64,000 bases of DNA, from NCBI GenBank assembly GCA_016188455.1, contig JACPHR010000018.1, forward strand, positions 5,079 through 69,078. Direction: 5' to 3'. The position numbers and the translations under genes are program-made. Positions within the stretch are counted from its first letter, which is position 1; every line of letters starts with the position of its first letter. Below are positions 17,276-25,939 of this stretch, in pieces. The notes below the pieces were generated by a model. The model had not been told where the DNA came from. It ran no database searches and saw only the letters and a list, made by a program, of their open reading frames with translations. The stretch is from Candidatus Tayloriibacteriota bacterium (lineage in GTDB: Bacteria; Patescibacteriota; Minisyncoccia; Phycocordibacterales; SIBU01).

Positions 17276-17284
17276 AAGCTATTG

Positions 17285-17393
17285 TGAATTACGAAACTGG
17301 CGTGCTTCAAGAAACCCCTCCCGCTTGCCCCCCGTAAGGCCTTGAGCGCGCGGGAGGGGTTTCTTTTCGCACTAAGCAAGCCCTCGTAATTCA
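17285..17393. mobile_element. Family-A palindromic MITE-like element
   Basis: tgaattacgaaactgg...ccctcgtaattca ends; inner stem gaaacccctcccgc/gcgggaggggtttc. Fills the intercistronic gap between two minus-strand genes. Confidence 0.55.
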
Positions 17394-17401
17394 TAGTAAG
17401 T

Positions 17402-17812
17402 TTAGTCTATGAGCTTGTCTTTACCGGTGAGCCGGACGACGTCCGATTCAAATTCCGCGCCTTGGCGGGGACCTAAAGTGCAGCTTAACATGACGGCATC
17501 TTCCAAGGCTTTATAGGCGTGCCGCTGGGGGAACGGCTGGGTGACGAGGTCGCCGGCCACTACTATTTTTTCTTCCGTCGGCGCGGTCGCGTCCGGTCTG
17601 ACGCGGCACAAGAAAGAGCCGCTTAGGATGTAATCGTACTGCACGCTCTTGTTGTGGTAATGATTGCCCCGCACCGCGCCTTTCTTGAAAGTAATGTAGG
17701 TAATGGCGTCTACCAGAGTGTGGGTGGTAATGTCTCGGATAACGCCGCGTTCGTCCTCGAAACTATTTTTTATTTTTTTGACTATCATTTTTTTTGTATT
17801 CTTTGGCGTCAA
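17402..17812 (-). CDS. Cupin sugar 3,4-ketoisomerase (FdtA/QdtA/Tyl1a-like)
   Basis: FEDERGVIRDI...KKGAVRGNHYH core typical of TDP-4-keto-6-deoxyhexose 3,4-isomerases (WxcM-like cupin). Confidence 0.55.
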   Translation of the reverse strand: MTPKNTKKMIVKKIKNSFEDERGVIRDITTHTLVDAITYITFKKGAVRGNHYHNKSVQYDYILSGSFLCRVRPDATAPTEEKIVVAGDLVTQPFPQRHAYKALEDAVMLSCTLGPRQGAEFESDVVRLTGKDKLID

Positions 17813-19109
17813 CGATTCTTGGTTTTGGTATTGGTATTATAAATTTTCCTCCATTATCGCTAAAAACTTTCAAGTTATCAATGATTTCCTTTGAAAAGTT
17901 CCAAGCGAGCAAAATGGCGTAGTCGGGGCGGTTCTTAAGGAGTGCCAGGTCGGAGACAACCCGAATATAACCCCCGGCGTGGCCGCCCGGAGCGACCCGT
18001 CCCACTTTGAGGCGGGCTTTTTCCGAAATAAAACGAATATGGCGGTTGGTCAAGCCGACGTAGTTGATCAGGGTCATGCCTTTGGCCGGCGCGCTTACCG
18101 CCGCCACGGTTTTGCCTTGGCTCAAGAGCTTTTCCAGAAGTGCAATCAGCTCTTGGCGGTTTTTTTCAACCCGCCGAGCGAAGCCGCGCATGGTTTCCAG
18201 GCTGTGCAATTTACGCGATTCCTCCATTCGGATGAACTTCAAAACGCTTGGGTCGATTGGATGGGCATCTTTCCTCCCGACAAAAACCCGGAAGGAACCG
18301 CCGTGAATATCCGTCTGCTTTACCGTGAACACCGCCAGTCCGAATCGGGCAAAGAAAGGGACGAGAGGTTTGAGCGAAAGATATGAGAGGTGCTCGTGGT
18401 ATACGGTGTCGTATTCAAGGTTGTCCACGAGGTGCTGGAAGTAGGGCGATTCAAAAATAAAAACCCCGTCTTTTTTCAAAAGATATTTTACCGCCCGTAT
18501 CACCTCATCAAGGTCGTCGATATGGGCGAAGACATTGGCGCCGACGACGACCGACGCGGGTCCCTCCGCCCTTCGGATTTTTCCGGCGCTTTTCATGCCG
18601 AAGAAATCGCACAGAGTTTTGATGCCATTTTCTTTGTTGGCGATAGAGACGATATTGGGCGCGGGGTCAACGCCGACAACCCTCATGCCTTCCTTCTTGA
18701 AAGCGCCGAGTAGAGTGCCCACATTGCTGCCAATGTCAACGACTAGGCTTTTGGGCTTTAGTTTCAGTTCGCTTACCACCGAATGGGCAAAACTGTCCCA
18801 GTGGGACTGGCCGGTCTTGGTGGTGGATTGTTCGTAGGGGTAGTCGTGCTGGTAGAGTATTCGCGGGTCAACGACATGGCTTAACTGAGAGAGGCCGCAA
18901 TTTTTGCAAAGCAGCACGCGGAGAGGATAAAAAATTTCCGGCAGGTCAAGCTCGTCGGTCGCCCGAAACTGGTCTGCCGGCGGCGTCAGACCCAAGTCGA
19001 GGTAGAGCGCGAGATTCGGGCTTTTGCACATTCGGCAGTTTCGCGCCACTCGGTATAATTTTTCCAGCGCTCGGCTCTGGATGTCCGTTTTTTTGATTTT
19101 TCTCGGCAT
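17763..19109 (-). CDS. NDP-hexose C-methyltransferase (TylC3-like, zinc-ribbon plus class I MTase)
   Basis: N-terminal CxxC...CxxC (CRMCKSP...CKNCGL), then VVDIGSNVGTLL SAM motif and a C-terminal Methyltransf_14-like region. Confidence 0.55.
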   Translation of the reverse strand: MPRKIKKTDIQSRALEKLYRVARNCRMCKSPNLALYLDLGLTPPADQFRATDELDLPEIFYPLRVLLCKNCGLSQLSHVVDPRILYQHDYPYEQSTTKTGQSHWDSFAHSVVSELKLKPKSLVVDIGSNVGTLLGAFKKEGMRVVGVDPAPNIVSIANKENGIKTLCDFFGMKSAGKIRRAEGPASVVVGANVFAHIDDLDEVIRAVKYLLKKDGVFIFESPYFQHLVDNLEYDTVYHEHLSYLSLKPLVPFFARFGLAVFTVKQTDIHGGSFRVFVGRKDAHPIDPSVLKFIRMEESRKLHSLETMRGFARRVEKNRQELIALLEKLLSQGKTVAAVSAPAKGMTLINYVGLTNRHIRFISEKARLKVGRVAPGGHAGGYIRVVSDLALLKNRPDYAILLAWNFSKEIIDNLKVFSDNGGKFIIPIPKPRIVDAKEYKKNDSQKNKK

Positions 19110-19127
19110 GAATTTGGTGTGAATGGC

Positions 19128-19225
19128 GAAGTTCGCTTTCGGCGCAGAGAAACCCCTCCCGCGCGCCTTGGCTGGACTCTAGGCAAGCGGGAGGGGTTTC
19201 TTGAAGCGCGAGCTTCGCCATTCAC
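19128..19225. mobile_element. Diverged family-A element
   Basis: gtgaatggcgaagttcgc...gcgagcttcgccattcac ends (12/16 identity with the canonical TGAATTACGAAACTCG). Same internal gaaacccctcccgcgcgccttg...caagcgggaggggtttc core. Confidence 0.45.
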
Positions 19226-19253
19226 GGAAATTTAATGACAGATTTTCTCACAG

Positions 19254-20027
19254 TTACGGCTTTTTTGCAACGATTGCCATGGCCCACTTTTTGTCTGAAA
19301 TAGGGAGCTTGGCGTTACCGAATTGACAAGCGAGAGCCAGCTTGAAGCCGTGTCTTCGGAGTATTTTTCTGATGTCTCCAAGTTTCCAAGCGCGGACGCG
19401 GTGCTTTTCCGTTTCTCGTCCCGTAATTTTGCCGCTTTTAATTTCCATCAGTTCAATTTTCAGGTTGATCGTTTCGCCGCCGCCAAAAGGCGTCGCGTCC
19501 GTCAGGCGATAGAGTTCCGTAGGGCCCCGCCTAAATTTTACAAAGCGCGTTTTTGGCGGGTCTTTTTTCACGGCGCCGGCGTTCCAGCAGTCAAAAATAA
19601 ATACGGCTTTCGGTTTAAGCGCCCTCGCGGCGGTTATAAAAACCGCTTCCAATTCCTTGAGATTTTTGCAATAACCGATGACATTAAACATGGAAAGCGC
19701 GGCGTCAAATTTTTTGTCGGTTTGCCACGAGCGGATATCGCCGTGCTCGATGGTGACGCGCCGCAACCTTTCTTTTTTAATTTTTTGCCGAGCCAAAGCG
19801 ACCATGCCTTTTGAGAAATCAACGCCGTGAATGGTATACCCCTTTTTGAGCAAACACCGTTCGTGATTTAAGGTGCCCGCCCCAAAACTGGCGAGAGTTT
19901 TCGCGCCGGGCCGGCCATATTTTTTTAGGAGCGAACTAAAAAAGAGCGCCTCGCCGGCGTAATCTTTTTTGCCGTAGATGAGGTCGTAGTATTTGGAATG
20001 GAGTTTATTGAAAATGGTTAACGGCAT
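19254..20027 (-). CDS. SAM-dependent sugar N,N-dimethyltransferase (TylM1/DesVI-like)
   Basis: YYDLIYGKKDYAGEA...FGAGT...GVDFSKGMV...HGDIRSW...FNVIGY pattern of the TylM1 family. Confidence 0.5.
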   Translation of the reverse strand: MPLTIFNKLHSKYYDLIYGKKDYAGEALFFSSLLKKYGRPGAKTLASFGAGTLNHERCLLKKGYTIHGVDFSKGMVALARQKIKKERLRRVTIEHGDIRSWQTDKKFDAALSMFNVIGYCKNLKELEAVFITAARALKPKAVFIFDCWNAGAVKKDPPKTRFVKFRRGPTELYRLTDATPFGGGETINLKIELMEIKSGKITGRETEKHRVRAWKLGDIRKILRRHGFKLALACQFGNAKLPISDKKWAMAIVAKKP

Positions 20028-20077
20028 GTTAGAAAACTAACACATTCAAGGCTTTTTTGCCACTTATGTAGAACCAA

Positions 20078-20110
20078 ATAAAAACCGCCTTGGTTACAAT
20101 GCCAAGGCGG
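20078..20110 (-). terminator. Rho-independent terminator (minus strand)
   Basis: ccgccttgg-ttacaatg-ccaaggcgg hairpin. A T-tract follows on the minus strand, downstream of the 20134 stop. Confidence 0.5.
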
Positions 20111-20133
20111 CTTGCGCGGTCAGACTTTTTCTT

Positions 20134-20893
20134 TTATTTCGGAGCCCACATTTCGTAGTACTCCCCGAGACATTTATTGATGTCATCCTCCACGGTATTC
20201 GGCACACCGTGAGCCTCGGACACTTCTCGCGCGAAGGCGCGGATGAAAAAGAGCAGGTGCTCAAACCGCCACGGATGGCGTTTGATCAACTTGCGGATTA
20301 GGGGAAATACCGCGTACCATTCAAGGATTCGATAGAAATTTTGGTAAAGGGTTTCGTAACCTTTCTTCCCCGGTTCCGCTTCGGCCGTTGAGCCGTAGCC
20401 GAAGGGATGTTTCGGTTCGTAGGCGGGCATTTTACAGCCGAGCCATTGGAAACCCGATATTCCACCGAGTACCCCGACCCGGTCCCATTTGTCCGCGAGC
20501 CGTAGCGCTTGGAGGACCGGTGAGTCATTTTCACTGTCTAGGAATTTGCTGTGCTCCTCCACCGCTTGGATGATCCTCGCGGCAACTTCTTCATTTAGTT
20601 TGTCCCATATCATTTCCCCCCAACACGACACGCAGAGTTTTCTCCGCAATTTCTTCCTGGAAAGCCCCGCAACGGTCAACATTGTGGAGCCACACGGCAA
20701 TCTCGTACTCAACCCTTTCAACTCTAGGAATGAGCTCGGCGATTTCAGGGAACATGCGCTCCATACGTAGCACGTGCGGGAGGTCATGGGCTCCTTGAGC
20801 GACGTAAAGCGGTCGAAGTTGTTTTTTCAAATTTTCTAGGAGTTTGTTCGCTTTCAAAGATTTCTCCTTTTTCAAGTTCTTCTTTAAACCCAC
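20134..20893 (-). pseudogene. Frameshifted paralog of the 53323-54042 HD-like protein
   Basis: The N-terminal part is in frame 20591-20893 (...PHVLRMERMFP...WLHNVDRC...) and the C-terminal part in 20134-20787 (...RLADKWDRVG...). The frame switch is near a C6/G6 homopolymer (about 20615). Confidence 0.5.
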
Positions 20894-20985
20894 TTTCGGG
20901 CAAGGCTTCAGCCGGCCGATTTAGGTTTTGGTCTGGCAGGAACTATATACATATTATTTAACATTGTCAAGTAAGCTCATGAGGT

Positions 20986-21060
20986 TGGCGCGTGTTACCA
21001 TAAAGGCTCCTAGATGAACATACGAATATACGAATTATACGAACAATACGAATGGCTACG
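20986..21060. repeat. AT-rich TACGAA-motif repeat region
   Basis: acatacgaatatacgaattatacgaacaatacgaatggctacgaat; related to the copies at 59341, 59855 and 60705. Confidence 0.4.
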
Positions 21061-21170
21061 AATCCCGTTAGAAGTCCAAAGATTGTATGTATATAGCAAG
21101 AGCATACATATTTGAAAAACATCGGATGTATTGCAGTACAGGATTTAGCAAGACTTCTGACGGGACGAAT
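21061..21170. repeat. Family-D palindromic element
   Basis: aatcccgttagaagtcc ... gacttctgacgggacgaat inverted ends. Confidence 0.45.
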
Positions 21171-21196
21171 AAAAAAATACCCCGCGTTGCGCGGCG

Positions 21197-22381
21197 GTGT
21201 CGCCATTAAATTTGCTTATGGCGGGAATTTCTCATATTAAAAAGTTGTATCTAATATTTCACGGGCGGTTTCCGTCTGAAAAGGCGGCGGCGCTTTTCGC
21301 CGCGAAAAGCGCCGAAGCCTTCGCCGAGAGGGGTCTCGACGTAATGGTTCTCGCGCCTCGCCGCCTCGGCCGCGCCAAACAGACCGCCTTTGATTTTTAC
21401 CGCTTGAAAAATAATTTCCAAGTGGTGTTTTTGCCGACGGTTGATTTGTTCAAAGTTCCGGTTTTGAAGCGGCTTGCTTTTCCCGCCAGTTTTTTTTCCT
21501 TTTCTGTTTTTACATTTTTCTATTTACTGTTCGCCGCCAAAAAATCCGACATCATTTATTCCAACGAAGCTCTGCCGATTCTTTTGGCCGCGCTGGCGTT
21601 TCCGAAAACGGCGTATGAAATTCATGATTTTCCGAAAAAAAACTTTTTCTACGCCGCGGTACTTGCCCGGGTCAAGTTTATTATTGCCACCAATCATTGG
21701 AAAAAAAAGAAGCTTCAGGAAATTTTTGCCATGGCCGCCGAAAAAATTCTTGCCGAACCAAACGCCGTTTCGCTTGACGATTTTTTGGCCAGCCAGTCCA
21801 AGGCCGAAGCCCGAAGCAAGCTCAGGTTGCCCTCTGACGCCGTCCTCATCTGCTATATTGGAACACTTCGCACCATGGGCATGGAAAAGGGGATAGAGAT
21901 TTTACTCAAAGCAGTAAAATCAGTTGTAAGTTGTAAGTTGTTAGTTGTGGGAGGGAGCCCTGAGGATGTGGAATTTTATAAAAAAGTGGCCAGTGAGTGT
22001 GGCATTATTGACAGAGTTATTTTCACCGGTTTCGCGCCGCACCCGAAAGTGCCACTTTATCTTGCCGCCGCCGATATTTTAGTCGCGCCCTTTCCGAAAA
22101 ACGACCATTATGAATTTTACATGTCGCCCATGAAGATTTTTGAGTACATGGCAAGCGGCCGCCCCATCATCGCTTCCGACCTCAATTCCATAAGGGAAAT
22201 TCTTCCGGCAGACAGCGCCGTTTTTGTCCCGCCGGGCGACGGTTCGGCGCTTACGGCGGCTATCAGTGAGCTTATGGCCGACAAAGAAAAGGTTTCGCGC
22301 TGCGCCGCCAAAGCCTTGGCGGCAGTTGTCGAACACACTTGGCCAAAGCGGGCGGAGAGGATTCTTCAATTTATAAGATGA
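21197..22381 (+). CDS. Glycosyltransferase family 4 (GT-B)
   Basis: ...VVGGSPEDVEFYK...FTGFAPHPKVPLYLAAADILVAPF...EYMASGRPIIASDL GT4 EX7E region. Confidence 0.65.
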   Translation: MSPLNLLMAGISHIKKLYLIFHGRFPSEKAAALFAAKSAEAFAERGLDVMVLAPRRLGRAKQTAFDFYRLKNNFQVVFLPTVDLFKVPVLKRLAFPASFFSFSVFTFFYLLFAAKKSDIIYSNEALPILLAALAFPKTAYEIHDFPKKNFFYAAVLARVKFIIATNHWKKKKLQEIFAMAAEKILAEPNAVSLDDFLASQSKAEARSKLRLPSDAVLICYIGTLRTMGMEKGIEILLKAVKSVVSCKLLVVGGSPEDVEFYKKVASECGIIDRVIFTGFAPHPKVPLYLAAADILVAPFPKNDHYEFYMSPMKIFEYMASGRPIIASDLNSIREILPADSAVFVPPGDGSALTAAISELMADKEKVSRCAAKALAAVVEHTWPKRAERILQFIR

Positions 22382-22451
22382 ACACACGAATGGCTGCAAA
22401 TTTATTCGAGCGGTCGCTTGCATTACTTAAAATTGCGAATACAATCTTTCT

Positions 22452-23489
22452 ATGAGCAAAAATTCGGCGAGGAGCAATCCGGGACTGTCCCGGGACAGAG
22501 CCGTCATTATTACCCAAACGCCAATGAGGATTACGCTGGCCGGCGGGGGCACCGATGTTAGCTGGTACAGCAAAATCAAAGGCGGCGCTTGGATAAGCGC
22601 TTCCATCAACCGCTATTTGGTAGTTACTTTGACGATGACCGAGGACCCGAATTTTATCGGCTACGGCTACGGCCAGGAAGCCACTCAAGGCAATTCCTAT
22701 AAAGACATACCCAACCCTTACGTCAAAGCTTGCTTGGAGCACGCGGGGGTAACCAAAGGAGTGAGTGTCAATATCACCTCGGAGGTTTCCGGCCGGTCAG
22801 GCTTGGGCGGGTCGGCGGCTCTGGAAGTCGGATTGCTCAACGCCCTTTATTGCTTCAAAAGAAAGTCGGTTTCTCGGTTGGAATTGGCCAAAAAGGCTTT
22901 TCAGATTGAAAGCGTCAAACTGAAGCGGGACTTTATCGGTCCGCAGGACCAGTACATCGTGGCCTTGGGCGGTTTTAATTACTTTGAAAGGGACACCTCG
23001 GGGCGGGTGACGGTGGAGCCTTTGCCGCTGTCCCTGCATACCATTTCAGAATTGGAGTCCAATCTTTTATTTTTTAGAACCGGCATATACCGAGACGCCC
23101 ATGCCGCTTTAGCGGACCAGCAAGAGCGCGCCGGCCGCAAAAACATCAAGGCCTTGGACGACATCAAAAAGCTGGGGCAAAAGGCCAGGGCCTATTTGCT
23201 GAAGGGGGACGTTGACAGTTTCGGCAAAACTTTCAACGAGCATTGGCGGATTAAAAAAACTCTGTCTCAAAAAGTTTCTAATCCCAAGATAGACCGATGG
23301 TACTCTGAAGCCATGAAGGCGGGGGCCTTGGGCGGCAAAATCATAGGCGCGGGCGGCGGCGGGTGGTTTGTGTTTTATGTCAACAAGAAAAAAGAGGCCT
23401 TCAGGGCCAGGATGGCGGCGATCGGTTTACAGGAACGCAAAGTGCGATTTGATTTGGAAGGCACTAAAGTATTGGTTAATCTAAGCTGA
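22452..23489 (+). CDS. GHMP sugar kinase (D-glycero-D-manno-heptose 7-phosphate kinase HddA-like)
   Basis: TPMRITLAGGGTD... and ...GRSGLGGSAALEVGLL (GHMP motif 2). Co-localised with gmhA and gmhB. Confidence 0.6.
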   Translation: MSKNSARSNPGLSRDRAVIITQTPMRITLAGGGTDVSWYSKIKGGAWISASINRYLVVTLTMTEDPNFIGYGYGQEATQGNSYKDIPNPYVKACLEHAGVTKGVSVNITSEVSGRSGLGGSAALEVGLLNALYCFKRKSVSRLELAKKAFQIESVKLKRDFIGPQDQYIVALGGFNYFERDTSGRVTVEPLPLSLHTISELESNLLFFRTGIYRDAHAALADQQERAGRKNIKALDDIKKLGQKARAYLLKGDVDSFGKTFNEHWRIKKTLSQKVSNPKIDRWYSEAMKAGALGGKIIGAGGGGWFVFYVNKKKEAFRARMAAIGLQERKVRFDLEGTKVLVNLS

Positions 23490-24073
23490 TGAAAAAACAA
23501 CAAAATTACATCAATACGTATCTCACGCTCGTAAAAAAAGTCGTCGCGGGTCTGGACACCGCGGAGATTGAGGCCGTGATTTCCCTTTTGGTTAAGCTTA
23601 AAAAAGCGGGCGGCCGGCTTTTCCTCTTGGGGGTCGGCGGCTCGGCGGCCAATTGTTCTCACGCCGTCAACGATTTCCGGAAAATCTGCCGCATTGAAGC
23701 CTATGCGCCGACCGACAATGTGGCCGAATTGACGGCCAGAACCAACGATGACGGTTGGGGAACCGTTTTTTGCAACTGGCTTGAAGTCAGTAAGCTCACT
23801 TCCTCGGACATGGTTATGGTTTTGTCGGTCGGCGGCGGCCTCATGGAAAAAAACGTAAGCCCCAATATCGTCAAGGCCTTGGAGTTCGCGCAAAAAGTCG
23901 GCAGTGTCATCACCGGCATCGTCAGCCGCGACGGCGGCTATACTCGAAAAGTGGCGACTGCCTCCATTCTCATTCCCATTGGCGAAGCGGATTTCATTAC
24001 GCCCCTCGCCGAAAGTTTTCAGGCGGTCATCTGGCATTTGCTGGTGACTCATCCGAAACTCGCCAAACATTGA
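23489..24073 (+). CDS. gmhA: Phosphoheptose (sedoheptulose-7-phosphate) isomerase
   Basis: SIS domain: ...GRLFLLGVGGSAANCSHAVNDF...VMVLSVGGG.... Confidence 0.75.
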   Translation: MKKQQNYINTYLTLVKKVVAGLDTAEIEAVISLLVKLKKAGGRLFLLGVGGSAANCSHAVNDFRKICRIEAYAPTDNVAELTARTNDDGWGTVFCNWLEVSKLTSSDMVMVLSVGGGLMEKNVSPNIVKALEFAQKVGSVITGIVSRDGGYTRKVATASILIPIGEADFITPLAESFQAVIWHLLVTHPKLAKH

Positions 24074-24109
24074 CAAAGAAACTCATACATGCTACGCTTT
24101 TAACAGTCT

Positions 24110-24919
24110 TTGAACAGTAAAAAATTAGGTAACCCTCAAAAAGAAAGTAGAGGTGTCAGATGTTTGAAATGGTCGCTATTCTCGGCCGCGGTATTCAGGC
24201 TTTCGGAGAACGGTCCTTGGGTTCTGACCGAGGACCTTGAGGTTTGCGACGAACGGTCGGCTCATCTTCCGGTCCGGGTTCCGGCGGATGATGATAACCC
24301 GTTTTGTATGGTCGGCGGCGGCGAAATGAACTTGAGGGCGGGCATTGAGCTCATCTACAAGTACGGCCCGACGATGGTTGTTTGCGCCTATGGCGGCCGT
24401 TCCCAATACCTGGAGTCCATTGGCGCGCCGTCGGAGAGCGAGGTGATGAGCAGGGAACTGCGCTACCAAATTCAGTATGACCTCGAAATCTCGTCATGGC
24501 GACCATCGTTACCCAGCATTGTAGTCTGGAAACGCACTCGCCAGCTCCCCGTGCCCTCCAACACCCGCCAAGAGCTCCTTAACATCTTTGACTTGGCGAT
24601 TGAGTACGAAATGACCCGGGTCGCCATCGTCACAGTCGGCGTCCATGTCCCGCGAGCGGCAACTTACGTTGCCAAACATCTCTCGGTCTACGAGAAATAT
24701 CGCGGGCTTTCCCCGGTCGTTCTTGAAAGCGAGGAGGTGTTGCTCGCCGCCAATCGTGAGAAATACGGTCCGCGCGTGGAAGCGCTCCGCAATTCAAAAT
24801 CCTTCGCCCGCAACTGGGGAGGGAAAAACCGCGAGGTGGACGGAATTTCAAAAATTGTCCGCGATGTGTACGGCGACGCGGTAAAGCCCCTCGTTGAGGC
24901 AAAGACGGCGTCCGCGTAA
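24110..24919 (+). CDS. DUF218 (YdcF/ElyC-like) domain protein
   Basis: ...VVCAYGGRS...SESEVM...VAIVTVGVHVPRAA matches DUF218 conserved positions. The true start may be internal. Confidence 0.45.
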   Translation: MNSKKLGNPQKESRGVRCLKWSLFSAAVFRLSENGPWVLTEDLEVCDERSAHLPVRVPADDDNPFCMVGGGEMNLRAGIELIYKYGPTMVVCAYGGRSQYLESIGAPSESEVMSRELRYQIQYDLEISSWRPSLPSIVVWKRTRQLPVPSNTRQELLNIFDLAIEYEMTRVAIVTVGVHVPRAATYVAKHLSVYEKYRGLSPVVLESEEVLLAANREKYGPRVEALRNSKSFARNWGGKNREVDGISKIVRDVYGDAVKPLVEAKTASA

Positions 24920-24927
24920 AAATCAAG

Positions 24928-24967
24928 GCGGTCGTTCCAAATCTGGAACGACCGCATTTCTTTTTTT
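24928..24967. terminator. Bidirectional Rho-independent terminator between convergent genes
   Basis: gcggtcgttcc-aaatct-ggaacgaccgc hairpin followed by atttcttttttt. Confidence 0.55.
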
Positions 24968-25822
24968 CTAGAACTGCCGCGGCGGGTGAAAAGTTTTTCT
25001 GGCCGATTCCAGTTTTTGGAGATTGCCGATATCTATGAAATAACCGGTTGTCGGGTAGGCATACAAGGCCTTTTTTGAAGCGAGCAACTTCGGGTAAATG
25101 TCCGCGCCAAAGTCGCTTTTCAGCGACTCTGGGATGAAATCAAAAATTTCCGGTTCCAAAACGTAAAATGAGCCGTTGACGAAGACGGGCTCGCCCCGCG
25201 TGTCTTTCACGGTCGGACGCTCTATAAATTCTAAAATCCTGTTCGTATCGTCAAATTTTATCATGCTCTTTGGGTCTGGCCCCTCTCTTTTGTAGACGTT
25301 CAAGGTGGCGAAGGCCTTTGTTTTTTTGTGGCCCTCAATCATTTTAGTGACATCAAGCTCTCTTACAATATCGGCGTATGTCACGATGAAACTTTCCTTG
25401 ATATAGGACTTCCGCAGTCGGCGCATTTCTTCGTTGCTTCGCTCGTTTGCTCCCGCAGTGTATATGCATACACTTTGGTCGCAAGCCTCGCTCGCGCCTC
25501 GAACTGCATCCGACTGCGTAGGTCCTATGATGAATTTTTTAGCGAGGGTTATGGCGCCGGCGGTGCCGAGGGGATTTTTCGGGTCTTCGTGCGTATAGGC
25601 GATGCGCACACCGAATTTGGAACCATCACCAAAGTAAGAAACTACTTTCTCCGGCAAATGACAAAGGGCGATGATAAAATCTTTGACGCCGTGGCTTTTT
25701 AATAAATCAACCGTGTGGAAAAGAATGGGTTTGCCCCCGACCTCCAGCATCGGTTTTGGGGTAGTATCGGTGAAAGGCCGCAGTCTTTCTCCTTTTCCTC
25801 CTGCGACAATTATGGCTTTCAT
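24968..25822 (-). CDS. Sugar-phosphate nucleotidyltransferase (HddC / mannose-1-P guanylyltransferase-like) carrying an in-frame 40-codon repeat-element insertion
   Basis: MKAIIVAGGKGERLRPFT...GGKPIL N-terminus. The segment IGPTQSDAVRGASEACDQSVCIYTAGANERSNEEMRRLRKSY is encoded by the family-B element (25406-25525). Confidence 0.7.
   Translation of the reverse strand: MKAIIVAGGKGERLRPFTDTTPKPMLEVGGKPILFHTVDLLKSHGVKDFIIALCHLPEKVVSYFGDGSKFGVRIAYTHEDPKNPLGTAGAITLAKKFIIGPTQSDAVRGASEACDQSVCIYTAGANERSNEEMRRLRKSYIKESFIVTYADIVRELDVTKMIEGHKKTKAFATLNVYKREGPDPKSMIKFDDTNRILEFIERPTVKDTRGEPVFVNGSFYVLEPEIFDFIPESLKSDFGADIYPKLLASKKALYAYPTTGYFIDIGNLQKLESARKTFHPPRQF
25406..25525. mobile_element. Family-B palindromic element inserted in frame within a coding sequence
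   Basis: 120 bp. Ends ggacttccgcagtcgg / ccgactgcgtaggtcc. Reverse-complement match to the intergenic copy at 39740-39862. Confidence 0.6.
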
Positions 25823-25939
25823 CCCGTTAGAAATAGGACGCGGACAGGCATCCTCCGCATCCCGAATTATTGCGAGTAAGATTCAACTTTGATATTGAAG
25901 TCATGTATTTTTTTTCGCGTCCGCGATTTCTAACGGGAC
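25821..25939. repeat. Family-D palindromic element, intercistronic, abutting an ATG
   Basis: atcccgttagaaat ... atttctaacgggac. The left end overlaps the start codon of the 24968-25822 gene. Confidence 0.5.

Noticed and set aside
20967-21206. 79-aa minus-strand ORF in the 20.9-21.2 kb intergenic region
   Set aside because: It is composed of TACGAA-repeat and family-D element sequence, likely non-coding.
25328-25702. 124-aa plus-strand ORF inside the nucleotidyltransferase gene
   Set aside because: It is encoded largely by the antisense strand of the in-frame family-B element and the host gene. No support as a separate gene.
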